Notes under the pieces: model-generated | Seen by the model: only the letters and a program-made list of their open reading frames with translations | The model's database searches: none | What the model was told of the DNA's origin: nothing | Made by a program: the position numbers and the translations under genes | Shown here: piece after piece, positions 56,260 through 64,000 of the stretch | Numbering within the stretch: position 1 is the stretch's first letter | Layout: the number at the start of each line of letters is the position of its first letter | Origin: Thermoanaerobaculia bacterium | Lineage (GTDB): Bacteria; Acidobacteriota; Thermoanaerobaculia; Multivoradales; Multivoraceae | DNA: 64,000 nt | Reading direction: 5' to 3' | NCBI GenBank assembly: GCA_965214805.1 | Contig: OZ243982.1 | Location: 2,748,088 to 2,812,087 of the forward strand

Positions 56260-57498
56260 ATGCCAGCTCTCGACGGTCTGCGCATTCTCGATCTGACGCA
56301 GTACGAAGCCGGGACTTCGTGTACCCAGGCGCTCGCATGGCTGGGCGCCGACGTCGTCAAGGTCGAGCGTCCGGGGACCGGCGACCCCGGGCGCGGCCTC
56401 GCGAGCGGGCGGTCCGCGGCCGATTCCGAGTACTTCATCAACTGGAACAGCAACAAGCGCAGCATGGCGATCGACCTCGCCTCCGAAGAGGGCCGCGATC
56501 TGCTGCTGAGGCTGGCGCCGCGATTCGACATCCTGGTCGAGAACTTCGGACCCGGCGTGGTCGAGAAGCTGCGCCTGGACTACGACTCGATCCGCGATGT
56601 CCACCCCGAGGTCATCTACGGCCGGATCAAGGGCTTCGGCGCCACTGGTCCTTACAGCCGCTACAAGTGCTTCGACCCGGTGGCCCAGGCCGCCGGCGGC
56701 GCGATGTCGATCACCGGCGAGGACGGCGGCCCGCCGCTGCGCCCCGGAACGACCATCGGGGACTGCGGAACCGGCGTGCTGATGGCCCTGGCGCTCTGCG
56801 CGGCGCACGCCAGCAGGCTCCGCACCGGCAAGGGTCAGCTGGTCGAGATCTCGATGCAGGAAGGCGTGACCTGGTTCATGCGCACGGCGGTCGCCATGGG
56901 CGGCGACTTCGGTGCCAGGCCGGCGCCGCGCAGCGGCGCCGGCCGCGGGGCGATGATGAACCTCTATCCCTGCAAGCCGTTCGGACCCAACGACTACGTC
57001 TATCTGCTCGTGGTCACGAACCGGATGTGGAAGGCGCTCTGCGGCGCCATGGGCCGCGAGGACCTGGCCGCAGATCCCCGCTACAGTACGCCCCGAAGGC
57101 GTTTCGAGAACGGCGGCGATCTGGTGGAAGTCATCTCCGACTGGACCCGTCGCCGCACGAAGCACGAGGCGATGGCCATTCTCGGCGCCGCCGGCGTCCC
57201 GGCCAGCGCCGTGCTCGACACGCTCGACCTGTTCGCGGATCCCCACCTCAACGAGCGCGGCTTCGTGCACACCGTCGACCACGAGGCCCTGGGTCCGGTC
57301 CGAGTGCTGGGCTCGCCGATGAACCTCAGCGACAGCCAGGTCGAGATCGAAGCGGCGCCGCTGCTGGGCCGTCACACGGACAGCGTCCTGGCCGACGAGC
57401 TCGACCTCTCCCAACCTGAAATCGACCGGCTGCGCGCGAACGGCGTGCTGGGCGCGGCGCCCGATCCCGCCCAGGCCGGCCAGGAGACCACGACATGA
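56260..57498 (+). CDS. Family III CoA-transferase (CaiB/BaiF; formyl-CoA:oxalate transferase-like).
   Basis: AGGAGA ribosome-binding site then ATG at 56260. MPALDGLRILDLTQYEAGTSCTQALAWLGADVVKVERP.... Its stop overlaps the next gene's ATG. Confidence 0.85.
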   Translation: MPALDGLRILDLTQYEAGTSCTQALAWLGADVVKVERPGTGDPGRGLASGRSAADSEYFINWNSNKRSMAIDLASEEGRDLLLRLAPRFDILVENFGPGVVEKLRLDYDSIRDVHPEVIYGRIKGFGATGPYSRYKCFDPVAQAAGGAMSITGEDGGPPLRPGTTIGDCGTGVLMALALCAAHASRLRTGKGQLVEISMQEGVTWFMRTAVAMGGDFGARPAPRSGAGRGAMMNLYPCKPFGPNDYVYLLVVTNRMWKALCGAMGREDLAADPRYSTPRRRFENGGDLVEVISDWTRRRTKHEAMAILGAAGVPASAVLDTLDLFADPHLNERGFVHTVDHEALGPVRVLGSPMNLSDSQVEIEAAPLLGRHTDSVLADELDLSQPEIDRLRANGVLGAAPDPAQAGQETTT

Positions 57499-59150
57499 CG
57501 ACCGCCACCGGCGACAGCCTGATCGCCCGCAGCCTGAAGCAGCAGGGTGTCGACTACATGTTCGGCATCGTCGGCTTCCCCGTCTACGGCGTCGCCCACG
57601 CGGCGCAGCAGGCGGGAATCCGGTACTACGGCTTCCGCAACGAGCAGGCGGCCAGCTACGCGGCCGGCGCAGTGGGCTACCTGACGGGGCGGCCCGGGGC
57701 CTGCCTTGCCGTGTCGGGCCCGGGCATGGTGCACGGCATCGCCGGTCTCGCCAACGCCGAGAAGAACTGCTGGCCGATGCTGCTGCTGGGCGGCGCCAAC
57801 GACCGCTATCAGAACGGCCAGGGCGCCTTCCAGGAGTGCCCCCAGGTCGAGGCGGCGCGCCCGTTCTCGAAGTACGCTGCCGAGATTGACGCCGCGCAAC
57901 GGGCGCCGTTCCACGTGGAGCAGGCGGTCCGCACGTCGATCTACGGTCGTCCGGGCGCCTCCTACCTGAACCTGCCGAACGACGTGCTGACCGCCCGGGT
58001 CGACGAGGAGGATGTCGAGTTCCCGCCCCGCTGTCCGCCGCCGCCGGTTTCGCTCGCCGACCCGCGGGACGTCGAGCGTGCCGCGGCGGTGCTGCGCGAA
58101 GCGAAGAACCCGCTGCTCATCGTCGGCAAGGGCGCCGCCTACGCCCGTGCCGAGAGCGAAGTGCGCCGCCTGGTCCAGCGCACCAACCTCCCCGTGCTGC
58201 CGACGCCGATGGGCAAGGGCGTCGTCTCCGACGACGACCCCCACTTGGTCGCCCCGGCGCGCTCCTTCGCGCTCCAGAACGCCGACGTGATCCTGCTGAT
58301 CGGCGCCCGCTTGAACTGGATTCTCCACTTCGGCCTGCCGCCGCGCTTCAGGAAGGGCGTGCGAGTTCTCCAGATCGACCTCGAGGCGGAGGAGATCGGC
58401 GCCAACGTGCCCGCCGAGGTCGGCATGGTCGGCGACGCGCGGGCGGTGACCGCGCAGCTGAACGAGGCGCTCGACGCCGATCCCTTCACGCTGTCGGCCG
58501 ACAGCGAATGGCTCGCCAGACTGCGCGAGAGCGCCGCCCGGAACCAGGCCGCAGTGCAGGCGATGCTCGAGGACGACAGCGAGCCGATGGGCTACTACCG
58601 GGCCTTGCGGGAGATCGCCGACCGCCTCGAGCCCAGGGACATGCTGATTGCCGAGGGTGCCAACACGATGGACATCTCGCGCACCGTGCTCCCGAACATG
58701 GAGCCGCGCAAGCGGCTCGACGCCGGTACGTTCGGCACCATGGGCGTCGGCACGGGAATGGCGATCGCGGCGGCCGCGGTCCATCCGGACCGGCGCACGA
58801 TCTGCGTCCAGGGCGACTCCGCATTCGGCTTCTCCGGCATGGAAGTCGAGGTCGCCTGCCGCTACGACATGCCCATCACCTTCGTGGTGATCAACAACAA
58901 CGGCATCGGCGGCGGCGTCAGCGAATACACCCCCGGCAAGCCGCTGCCGCCGTTCACCTATACCCTGGGCGCCCGCTACGAACGCGTGATCGAGGCCTTC
59001 GGCGGCAAGGGCCATCTGGTCGAGAAGGCGGCGGACCTCGGACCTGCCCTGGACCAGGCGCTCGCTTCCGACAGGCCGGCGCTGGTCAACGTGCTGATCG
59101 ACCCCCAGGCGCAGCGCAAGCCGCAGAAGTTCGCCTGGCTCACCCGCTGA
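57495..59150 (+). CDS. ThDP-dependent oxalyl-CoA decarboxylase / 2-hydroxyacyl-CoA lyase family enzyme.
   Basis: ORF 57495..59150. ThDP-enzyme N/M/C domains. ThDP motif GDSAFGFSGMEVEVACRYDMPITFVVINNNG. Paired with a CoA-transferase as in frc-oxc. Confidence 0.8.
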   Translation: MTTATGDSLIARSLKQQGVDYMFGIVGFPVYGVAHAAQQAGIRYYGFRNEQAASYAAGAVGYLTGRPGACLAVSGPGMVHGIAGLANAEKNCWPMLLLGGANDRYQNGQGAFQECPQVEAARPFSKYAAEIDAAQRAPFHVEQAVRTSIYGRPGASYLNLPNDVLTARVDEEDVEFPPRCPPPPVSLADPRDVERAAAVLREAKNPLLIVGKGAAYARAESEVRRLVQRTNLPVLPTPMGKGVVSDDDPHLVAPARSFALQNADVILLIGARLNWILHFGLPPRFRKGVRVLQIDLEAEEIGANVPAEVGMVGDARAVTAQLNEALDADPFTLSADSEWLARLRESAARNQAAVQAMLEDDSEPMGYYRALREIADRLEPRDMLIAEGANTMDISRTVLPNMEPRKRLDAGTFGTMGVGTGMAIAAAAVHPDRRTICVQGDSAFGFSGMEVEVACRYDMPITFVVINNNGIGGGVSEYTPGKPLPPFTYTLGARYERVIEAFGGKGHLVEKAADLGPALDQALASDRPALVNVLIDPQAQRKPQKFAWLTR

Positions 59151-59264
59151 TCGGCGCCTCCGGGATTCGGCCGCGAGGCGCCGGCACGAGACGTGAGCAA
59201 CGAGGCGCCTCGACAGAAGCAGCGCAACGGCGACTTCACGAGACGACAGGAGACCCCTTTGGCC

Positions 59265-60122
59265 ATGGGCATCAGGATCGGCGACGCGGCGATCACTCCG
59301 ATCATCGAGATCGACTACCCGGTTCCGGCGTCCTTCCTGCTGCCGGACGCCACGCCCGAGAACCTGGCACCGGACCTCGACTGGCTGGAACCGCACTTCG
59401 TCACCCCGAACGGCGAGCGGCTCAGGATGATCATCCAGGCCTTTCTGGTGGAATCGCGGGGCATGAAGATCGTCGTCGATACCTGTGTCGGCAACGACAA
59501 GAAGCGCTCCCTGCAGGCCTGGAACGAGCTCGACGGACCGTTCCTCGAGGAGATCCGCGACGCCGGTTTCCCCCGCGAACAGGTCGACCTGGTGGTCTGC
59601 ACGCACCTGCACATCGATCACGTGGGCTGGAACACGATGAAGGTCGACGGCGAGTGGACGCCCACCTTCCCCAACGCCCGCTACCTCATGGCGCGTCCTG
59701 AGTTCGAGTACTGGCGAGACGCAGAACAGACCAGCTGGGGCGACGTCTTCGGCGACTCGGTGGCGCCCGTGTTCGACGCCGGCCTGGTCGACCTGGTCGA
59801 CTGCGACCACCAGATCAACCCCGAGCTCCGGTTCTTCCCCACTCCGGGGCATACGCCCGGCCACTGCAGCATCGCCGTTTCTTCGGGCGCCGCGGAAGGC
59901 GTGATCTCGGGCGACGTGCTGCACCACCCGTGTCAGTGCGCGCACCCCGAGTGGCACTCGATCGCCGACATCGACCGCGAAGCGGCAACCGCCTCGCGCC
60001 GCAGCTTCTGCGAGCGTTTCAGCGACACCGGCATCACCATCGTCGGCACCCACTGGGCGTCGCCCACCGCAGTGCTCCTCACGGCCCACGGAGAAGCGTG
60101 GAGGACAGTGATTCCCTCCTGA
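59265..60122 (+). CDS. MBL-fold metallo-hydrolase.
   Basis: CAGGAGAC ribosome-binding site then ATG at 59265. HLHIDHVG (HxHxDH) zinc-binding motif. GHTPGH second site. Confidence 0.8.
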   Translation: MGIRIGDAAITPIIEIDYPVPASFLLPDATPENLAPDLDWLEPHFVTPNGERLRMIIQAFLVESRGMKIVVDTCVGNDKKRSLQAWNELDGPFLEEIRDAGFPREQVDLVVCTHLHIDHVGWNTMKVDGEWTPTFPNARYLMARPEFEYWRDAEQTSWGDVFGDSVAPVFDAGLVDLVDCDHQINPELRFFPTPGHTPGHCSIAVSSGAAEGVISGDVLHHPCQCAHPEWHSIADIDREAATASRRSFCERFSDTGITIVGTHWASPTAVLLTAHGEAWRTVIPS

Positions 60123-60375
60123 GGGACAGGGGCCTGTTCACCACAGCCGACAACACGCCGGACAGGGGTGTCCGCCTATTGCGTCCGACGCACGTCTCAG
60201 GGCGTCGAACTCGTCCCTGAGTATCTTCTCCCGGTCGACCGGCGCTGGCAGCTTGGGGGATCACACGAAACACGGGATCCATGAGAGTACGGGAGGACTC
60301 ATGGGGAGGGGCCGCGCGGTCCCCTCCCTCCCGGGTTCCCGGCGTCCGGCGCGGCGGGATCGACGCCATGTCCTA

Positions 60376-61632
60376 CTACGGTCCCAACGCGCCGATCGGA
60401 ATGACTCCCACGTCGTTCGTTCCGGCATGGCCGTACCCGCTGGGCACGATGACCGCGAGGGCCGAAGGTTCGCACGGCGTATCCCTCATGGCCCGCGGCG
60501 CCCGCTGCGCCAGTCGGCGCAGGTTCCTGGCGCCTTCCTCGACCCAGCGTTGGCCGAGCTTGATCTCGAACGCGGCCCAGCGGCCGTCGGCGGCCTCGAC
60601 GACCGCGTCGACTTCGAGGCCGCCCTTCTCCCGGTAATGGAACACCTCCGCGTCATTGGCTTGAGCGTAGATCCTCAGGTCGCGGACGACGAGAGACTCG
60701 AACAGAAGGCCCAGGAAGCGCAGGTCGCCCAGCAGGCGCTCCGGCGTTGCCCGAAGCGCCGCCACGGCCAGGGACGGATCAACGAAGTGACGCTTCGGGG
60801 CTGCACGCAGGATTGCCCGCGAGCGCAGGTGGGGTGACCAGGCCGGCTGATCGTCGACGATCATGAGCTGTTCCAGTGCGTCCAGGTAGCCGGCTGCGGT
60901 TTCGGGCTTCATGGTGATCCGGCTGCCGCCCACGTCGGCGGCCAGCCTCGAGAGCGTCACTTCCGTCGCCGTGTTCCGGGCGAGCGAACGCAGAAGCCGG
61001 CCGACCCGTATCGGGTCTGTCTGGCGTTCGGAGACTCTGGAGACGTCGGTGCGGCGTATCTCGTTCAGGTAGTCCCGGTTCGATCGCAGGGTGTTGCGCA
61101 GCGGCTGGCCGTGGTTGGCCGGCCAACCTCCGGCGGCCACGAGTTCGGCAAGCTGCGGAATGCCGAGCGACGAGGCCCCGGCGCCCTGGCGCGAGCGGTT
61201 CAGCAGTTCAGCGAGTGAAATCTCACCGCTGGAACGCTCGGACTCGAAGAGCGACAGAGGCCGCATCCGGATGCGGCTGAAACGTCCGGCTCCCGAGTGC
61301 CGCGTCACATCGTCGGCAGGCACGGCGGAGCCGGCAAGGATGAACTGACCATCGGCCCGATCGTCGACCGCGCGACGAACGTGGTTCCAGATCGGCGGTT
61401 CCAGTTGCCATTCGTCGATCAGCCGCGGCGTCGCGCCGGCAAGTGCGGTTGCGGGATCCGCTCTTGTGAGCTGCCGTGCGTTGTGGTCGGTATCGAGTAG
61501 AACCTCGCTTGCAGCCCTCTGTCTTGCGGTGGCGGTCTTGCCGCAGGCCTTGGGGCCTTCCAGGACGACCGCACCGGCAGCGGCCAGGCACTCGTCGAGT
61601 TCCGTCTCGACGATTCGTCGAAGGTAGTGCAT
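60376..61632 (-). CDS. AAA-family ATP-binding protein with a DUF4143 C-terminal domain.
   Basis: ORF 60376..61632. Walker A GPKACGKTA. Confidence 0.8.
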   Translation of the reverse strand: MHYLRRIVETELDECLAAAGAVVLEGPKACGKTATARQRAASEVLLDTDHNARQLTRADPATALAGATPRLIDEWQLEPPIWNHVRRAVDDRADGQFILAGSAVPADDVTRHSGAGRFSRIRMRPLSLFESERSSGEISLAELLNRSRQGAGASSLGIPQLAELVAAGGWPANHGQPLRNTLRSNRDYLNEIRRTDVSRVSERQTDPIRVGRLLRSLARNTATEVTLSRLAADVGGSRITMKPETAAGYLDALEQLMIVDDQPAWSPHLRSRAILRAAPKRHFVDPSLAVAALRATPERLLGDLRFLGLLFESLVVRDLRIYAQANDAEVFHYREKGGLEVDAVVEAADGRWAAFEIKLGQRWVEEGARNLRRLAQRAPRAMRDTPCEPSALAVIVPSGYGHAGTNDVGVIPIGALGP

Positions 61633-61638
61633 CGAACA

Positions 61639-61760
61639 GATCCAGCGGGTGGAACGGACAATGTCCAGCGGGTGGAACGGACAAAGTGTAGCGGGTCATG
61701 TGGACAGCATCCAGCGGGTGAAATGGACAGTGTCCAGCGGGTGGAACGGACAGCGTCCGG
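61639..61760. repeat. Five tandem 22-23-bp direct repeats, each an internal palindrome (TGTCC-N12-GGACA), immediately upstream of the ATPase start codon.
   Basis: gatccagcgggtggaacggacaat / gtccagcgggtggaacggacaaa / gtgtagcgggtcatgtggacagca / tccagcgggtgaaatggacagt / gtccagcgggtggaacggacagc, then a degenerate sixth. Confidence 0.6.
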
Positions 61761-61816
61761 CGGCTGCCCGTCGTCGACGGGCGCAGGCTGTGCGACGGGC
61801 GCAGGCCGTGCAGGCG

Positions 61817-63469
61817 CTACGTCTGCGGCCGCAGATCGTAGGCGACGGCTTCGCGGTCGTTGCGGACCAGCAGGATGCCCTGAGCGATTGCCGGGTTGTT
61901 CCAGGTGCGCCCCGAGACTGCCGGCAGCGCGGCGATCTCCTGGTGGCTTTCCGGCGTCGCGCGCACCAGGACGAGCTGACCCCGTTCGGTGGTGATCAGC
62001 AGATGGCCGGAGGCCAGCAGGAGCTGGCCGTGGCCATAGCGGCCGCCCTTCCACATGCGGTCGCCCGTAGCCGGATCGACGCAGGCGAGGATGCCCTCGT
62101 CCAGGCCGTAGACATGGCCGTCGTGGAACACCGAGGTGGAGAAAGTGTTCTTCATGCGGTTGTTGGACCAGAGTTCCGTGACGGCGGCGGCGCCCGCCTC
62201 GGCGTTGGCCTCGACCTCGAGCACGGCGGCGCCCTGTCCGTAGCCGGATGACACGAAGAGGCGGTTCTCGGCGACCTGGAGCGGCTGCGCGGCGTTGATT
62301 CCGTTCATCGTCGCCCAGGGGTGGCGCCAGAACGTCCGGCTGCCGTCGGTTGCGAGCGAGATGACCTGATCCGCGCCGATCATGACGATCTGGGGAAGGC
62401 CGTCCAGGGTGTAGACGGCGGGTGCGGTGTAGGCCCCCTGGGCGTCGAGCGCCCGCCAGCGAATCGCGCCGGTGTCCAGCTCGTAGGCGATCACCGCGCC
62501 GTCCGGGCCGCCGGGCGCGGTGAGCACGAGATCGTCCAGGATGGACGGCGAGGCGGCCATGCCCCAGATCAGGTTCGCGGCGCCCGCGTCGTCGAGGATG
62601 TTCGCGCGCCAGATCTCGCCGCCCGTCTCCGCGTCGAGAGCGCGCAGTTCGCCCGTTGCGCCAAGAGCCACCAGCGTGTTCCCGTGAAGGGCAGGTGTTG
62701 CGCGCGGGCCGTCGCCGCCCATGCTCTCCTCGAAACGGGCGTCCCAGCGCGCGGTCCAGCGTTCGACTCCGGTCAGCAGGTCGTAGGCAGCAACCACTTC
62801 CTGTTCGCGCCGTTGTTCGATGGTGTAGGCGAGGCCATAACCGACCACGAAGGACGCATAGCCGCCGCCGACCGGGACGCGCCAGAGCTCCGGCGGCCCT
62901 TCGCTCGGCCAGGCCGTGTTGATCGGCTCCGGGTAGCGGCCGTCCATGTGGAGCCCCCGGTAGTAGGGCCAGGAGTCCGGCGACGGCGCGGCGGAGGGTT
63001 CCGCCTCGGAAGATGCAGGTTCCACCTCGGAAGACGTGTCGACGATGGCCTGTACTCCGCCATCGGTCGGTACCTCGACAGCGGCCGGAGGCTCGCGAGT
63101 CTCGGGCCTGTCCGCTCCCGCCTCGGCATCAGGCGCTTCGGACAGCGCGCCTTCCGGCGCCGCGCCGCTCACGGTCGGCCCGGTCTCGCTTGCCGCCTCG
63201 CCCGCCGCGTTCCCGAGCGGCTGCGGGCTTCCGACCCGAGCCGGATCCGCGGGATCCGCATTCCGGTCGCGGTGGGCCTCGATGGTGCGGTAGTGGCGCT
63301 CCTCGTGGTGGAAGTCCACCTGGGGTCTCAGGCCGCCCGTGATCTGAAGGTGCATTCCCGTGGTCAGGTTGAGCACCAGCGCCAGGCCGGCAAGCCCGGC
63401 CAGGGTGATGCCTGTCCACTTGAGAAAGCCGATCCAGCGTCTCGGTTTCGTGGTCGTGGTGTTGCTCAT
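61817..63469 (-). CDS. Membrane-anchored PQQ-like beta-propeller repeat protein (BamB-like fold) with a low-complexity acidic linker.
   Basis: ORF 61817..63469. N-terminal TM (WIGFLKWTGITLAGLAGLALVL). Pro/Glu/Ala-rich linker. Repeated ...ALD/AYD...TG...W motifs of PQQ repeats. Confidence 0.75.
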   Translation of the reverse strand: MSNTTTTKPRRWIGFLKWTGITLAGLAGLALVLNLTTGMHLQITGGLRPQVDFHHEERHYRTIEAHRDRNADPADPARVGSPQPLGNAAGEAASETGPTVSGAAPEGALSEAPDAEAGADRPETREPPAAVEVPTDGGVQAIVDTSSEVEPASSEAEPSAAPSPDSWPYYRGLHMDGRYPEPINTAWPSEGPPELWRVPVGGGYASFVVGYGLAYTIEQRREQEVVAAYDLLTGVERWTARWDARFEESMGGDGPRATPALHGNTLVALGATGELRALDAETGGEIWRANILDDAGAANLIWGMAASPSILDDLVLTAPGGPDGAVIAYELDTGAIRWRALDAQGAYTAPAVYTLDGLPQIVMIGADQVISLATDGSRTFWRHPWATMNGINAAQPLQVAENRLFVSSGYGQGAAVLEVEANAEAGAAAVTELWSNNRMKNTFSTSVFHDGHVYGLDEGILACVDPATGDRMWKGGRYGHGQLLLASGHLLITTERGQLVLVRATPESHQEIAALPAVSGRTWNNPAIAQGILLVRNDREAVAYDLRPQT

Positions 63470-63741
63470 CTGCCGGCCATCCTACCCGTTCGGACTCCGG
63501 TCGTCACTGCCGCGCCGCGCCGCGTCGCCGTGCAGGCGCCCCGTCGGATGCGGGATGGCTGCGCTCCCGACGGAGAAGGCCCGGCCTGGCGCCGCCGCCA
63601 TTCGGCAGCGGTCCACTCGGATCGTCGTCGTCGAGCACGATGCCCCGCGTAGCTGAGGGCCGGCGGTTGCTCGAGCCGCCGTGCGAGGTGGAAATCGTGC
63701 ATTCGAAATGCATAATGTCCGCTGCAGGGAGCGCACCGACC

Positions 63742-64000
63742 ATGCCCGACTACATCGAGCGATCACTCGAGCCCGTCCTCGAGCGGGCCGTTGCCGAGTT
63801 CCCGGCCGTTGTCCTCACCGGTCCGCGGCAGGCGGGCAAGACGACCTTGCTTCAGCATCTCTTCGGGGGCGCCCGTCGGTACGCGTCTCTCGACATTCCG
63901 GACGTTCGGGCCGCGGCCCTGGCCGATCCGCGCGGCTTCCTGGAGTCGTACTCGCCGCCGGCGATCTTCGACGAGATTCAATACGCGCCGGAACTGTTGC
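63742..64000 (+). CDS. AAA-family ATP-binding protein (DUF4143-type), an N-terminal fragment running off the window. It is a paralog of 60376..61632.
   Basis: MPDYIERSLEPVLERAVAEFPAVVLTGPRQAGKTTLLQHLFGG... (Walker A). Confidence 0.7.
   Translation, partial: MPDYIERSLEPVLERAVAEFPAVVLTGPRQAGKTTLLQHLFGGARRYASLDIPDVRAAALADPRGFLESYSPPAIFDEIQYAPELL

Noticed and set aside
61639-61760. Possible CRISPR array suggested by the regularly repeated 22-mer.
   Set aside because: The repeats are directly adjacent, with period equal to repeat length and no unique spacers. There are only five or six copies, and no cas genes lie nearby.
1-64000. tRNA, rRNA or tmRNA genes.
   Set aside because: No T-arm (GGTTCGAATCC)-like sequences with cloverleaf context were seen, and no rRNA-like conserved blocks. 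All non-coding gaps are short or are accounted for by repeats.

Overview
This is a high-GC (~68%) chromosomal segment, probably from a Gram-negative (diderm) bacterium, since it carries a TonB-dependent receptor, an RND pump and a BamB-like PQQ-propeller protein. It is gene-dense, and most real genes lie on the minus strand. Most long Arg/Gly-rich ORFs on the opposite strand are GC artefacts.

Recognisable modules, in order:
- (1) A PQQ-dependent dehydrogenase cluster: a type-I quinoprotein alcohol dehydrogenase with the vicinal Cys-Cys (partial), a second PQQ dehydrogenase, two tandem small membrane-protein paralogs, and a c-type cytochrome with a C-terminal CXXCH.
- (2) An IS with an rve/DDE transposase, about 1.6 kb, inserted about 100 bp upstream of that cluster, plus a truncated second copy of its left end.
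- (3) A minus-strand run of DUF1330, DUF418, alpha/beta-hydrolase, a secreted hypothetical, sulfotransferase, exonuclease III and GNAT genes.
- (4) A TonB-dependent receptor convergent with a MarR-MFP-RND efflux operon.
- (5) ctaA-ctaB (heme A/O synthesis), a NUDIX hydrolase and an F420-type LLM oxidoreductase.
- (6) ugd-uxs (UDP-glucuronate to UDP-xylose).
- (7) A coherent PHA (polyhydroxyalkanoate) island: phaR with a split MFE-2 (MaoC hydratase plus SDR dehydrogenase), diverging from a phasin-like gene, phaE, class III phaC, a GNAT (paralog of the earlier GNAT) and an acyl-CoA synthetase. The phaR/phasin intergenic region holds a perfect 11-bp inverted repeat that is a candidate PhaR operator.
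- (8) A glycan module: an O-antigen-ligase-family protein with a C-terminal TPR-like extension, a WbaP-type polyprenyl-phosphate sugar transferase, and a GT2.
- (9) Immediately next to it, the most unusual structure: a roughly 7.7-kb tandem array of four paralogous secreted-protein genes. Each has a near-identical ~270-bp 5' leader (through ~400 bp in three of the copies) and N-terminal domain, a strongly diverged C-terminal 'cassette' and a conserved C-terminal tail. Each also carries its own terminator hairpin and a degenerate copy of the GT2 5' region, so the structure is a segmental amplification with cassette-like diversification.
- (10) A PadR plus membrane-sensor pair, secreted hypotheticals, a PepSY-TM protein and a lipoprotein cytochrome.
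- (11) A formyl-CoA-transferase-like gene, an oxalyl-CoA-decarboxylase-like gene and an MBL hydrolase.
- (12) Two AAA/DUF4143 ATPases flanking a PQQ-repeat propeller protein, with five 22-23-bp palindromic tandem repeats directly upstream of one ATPase.

No rRNA, tRNA or CRISPR array was seen.
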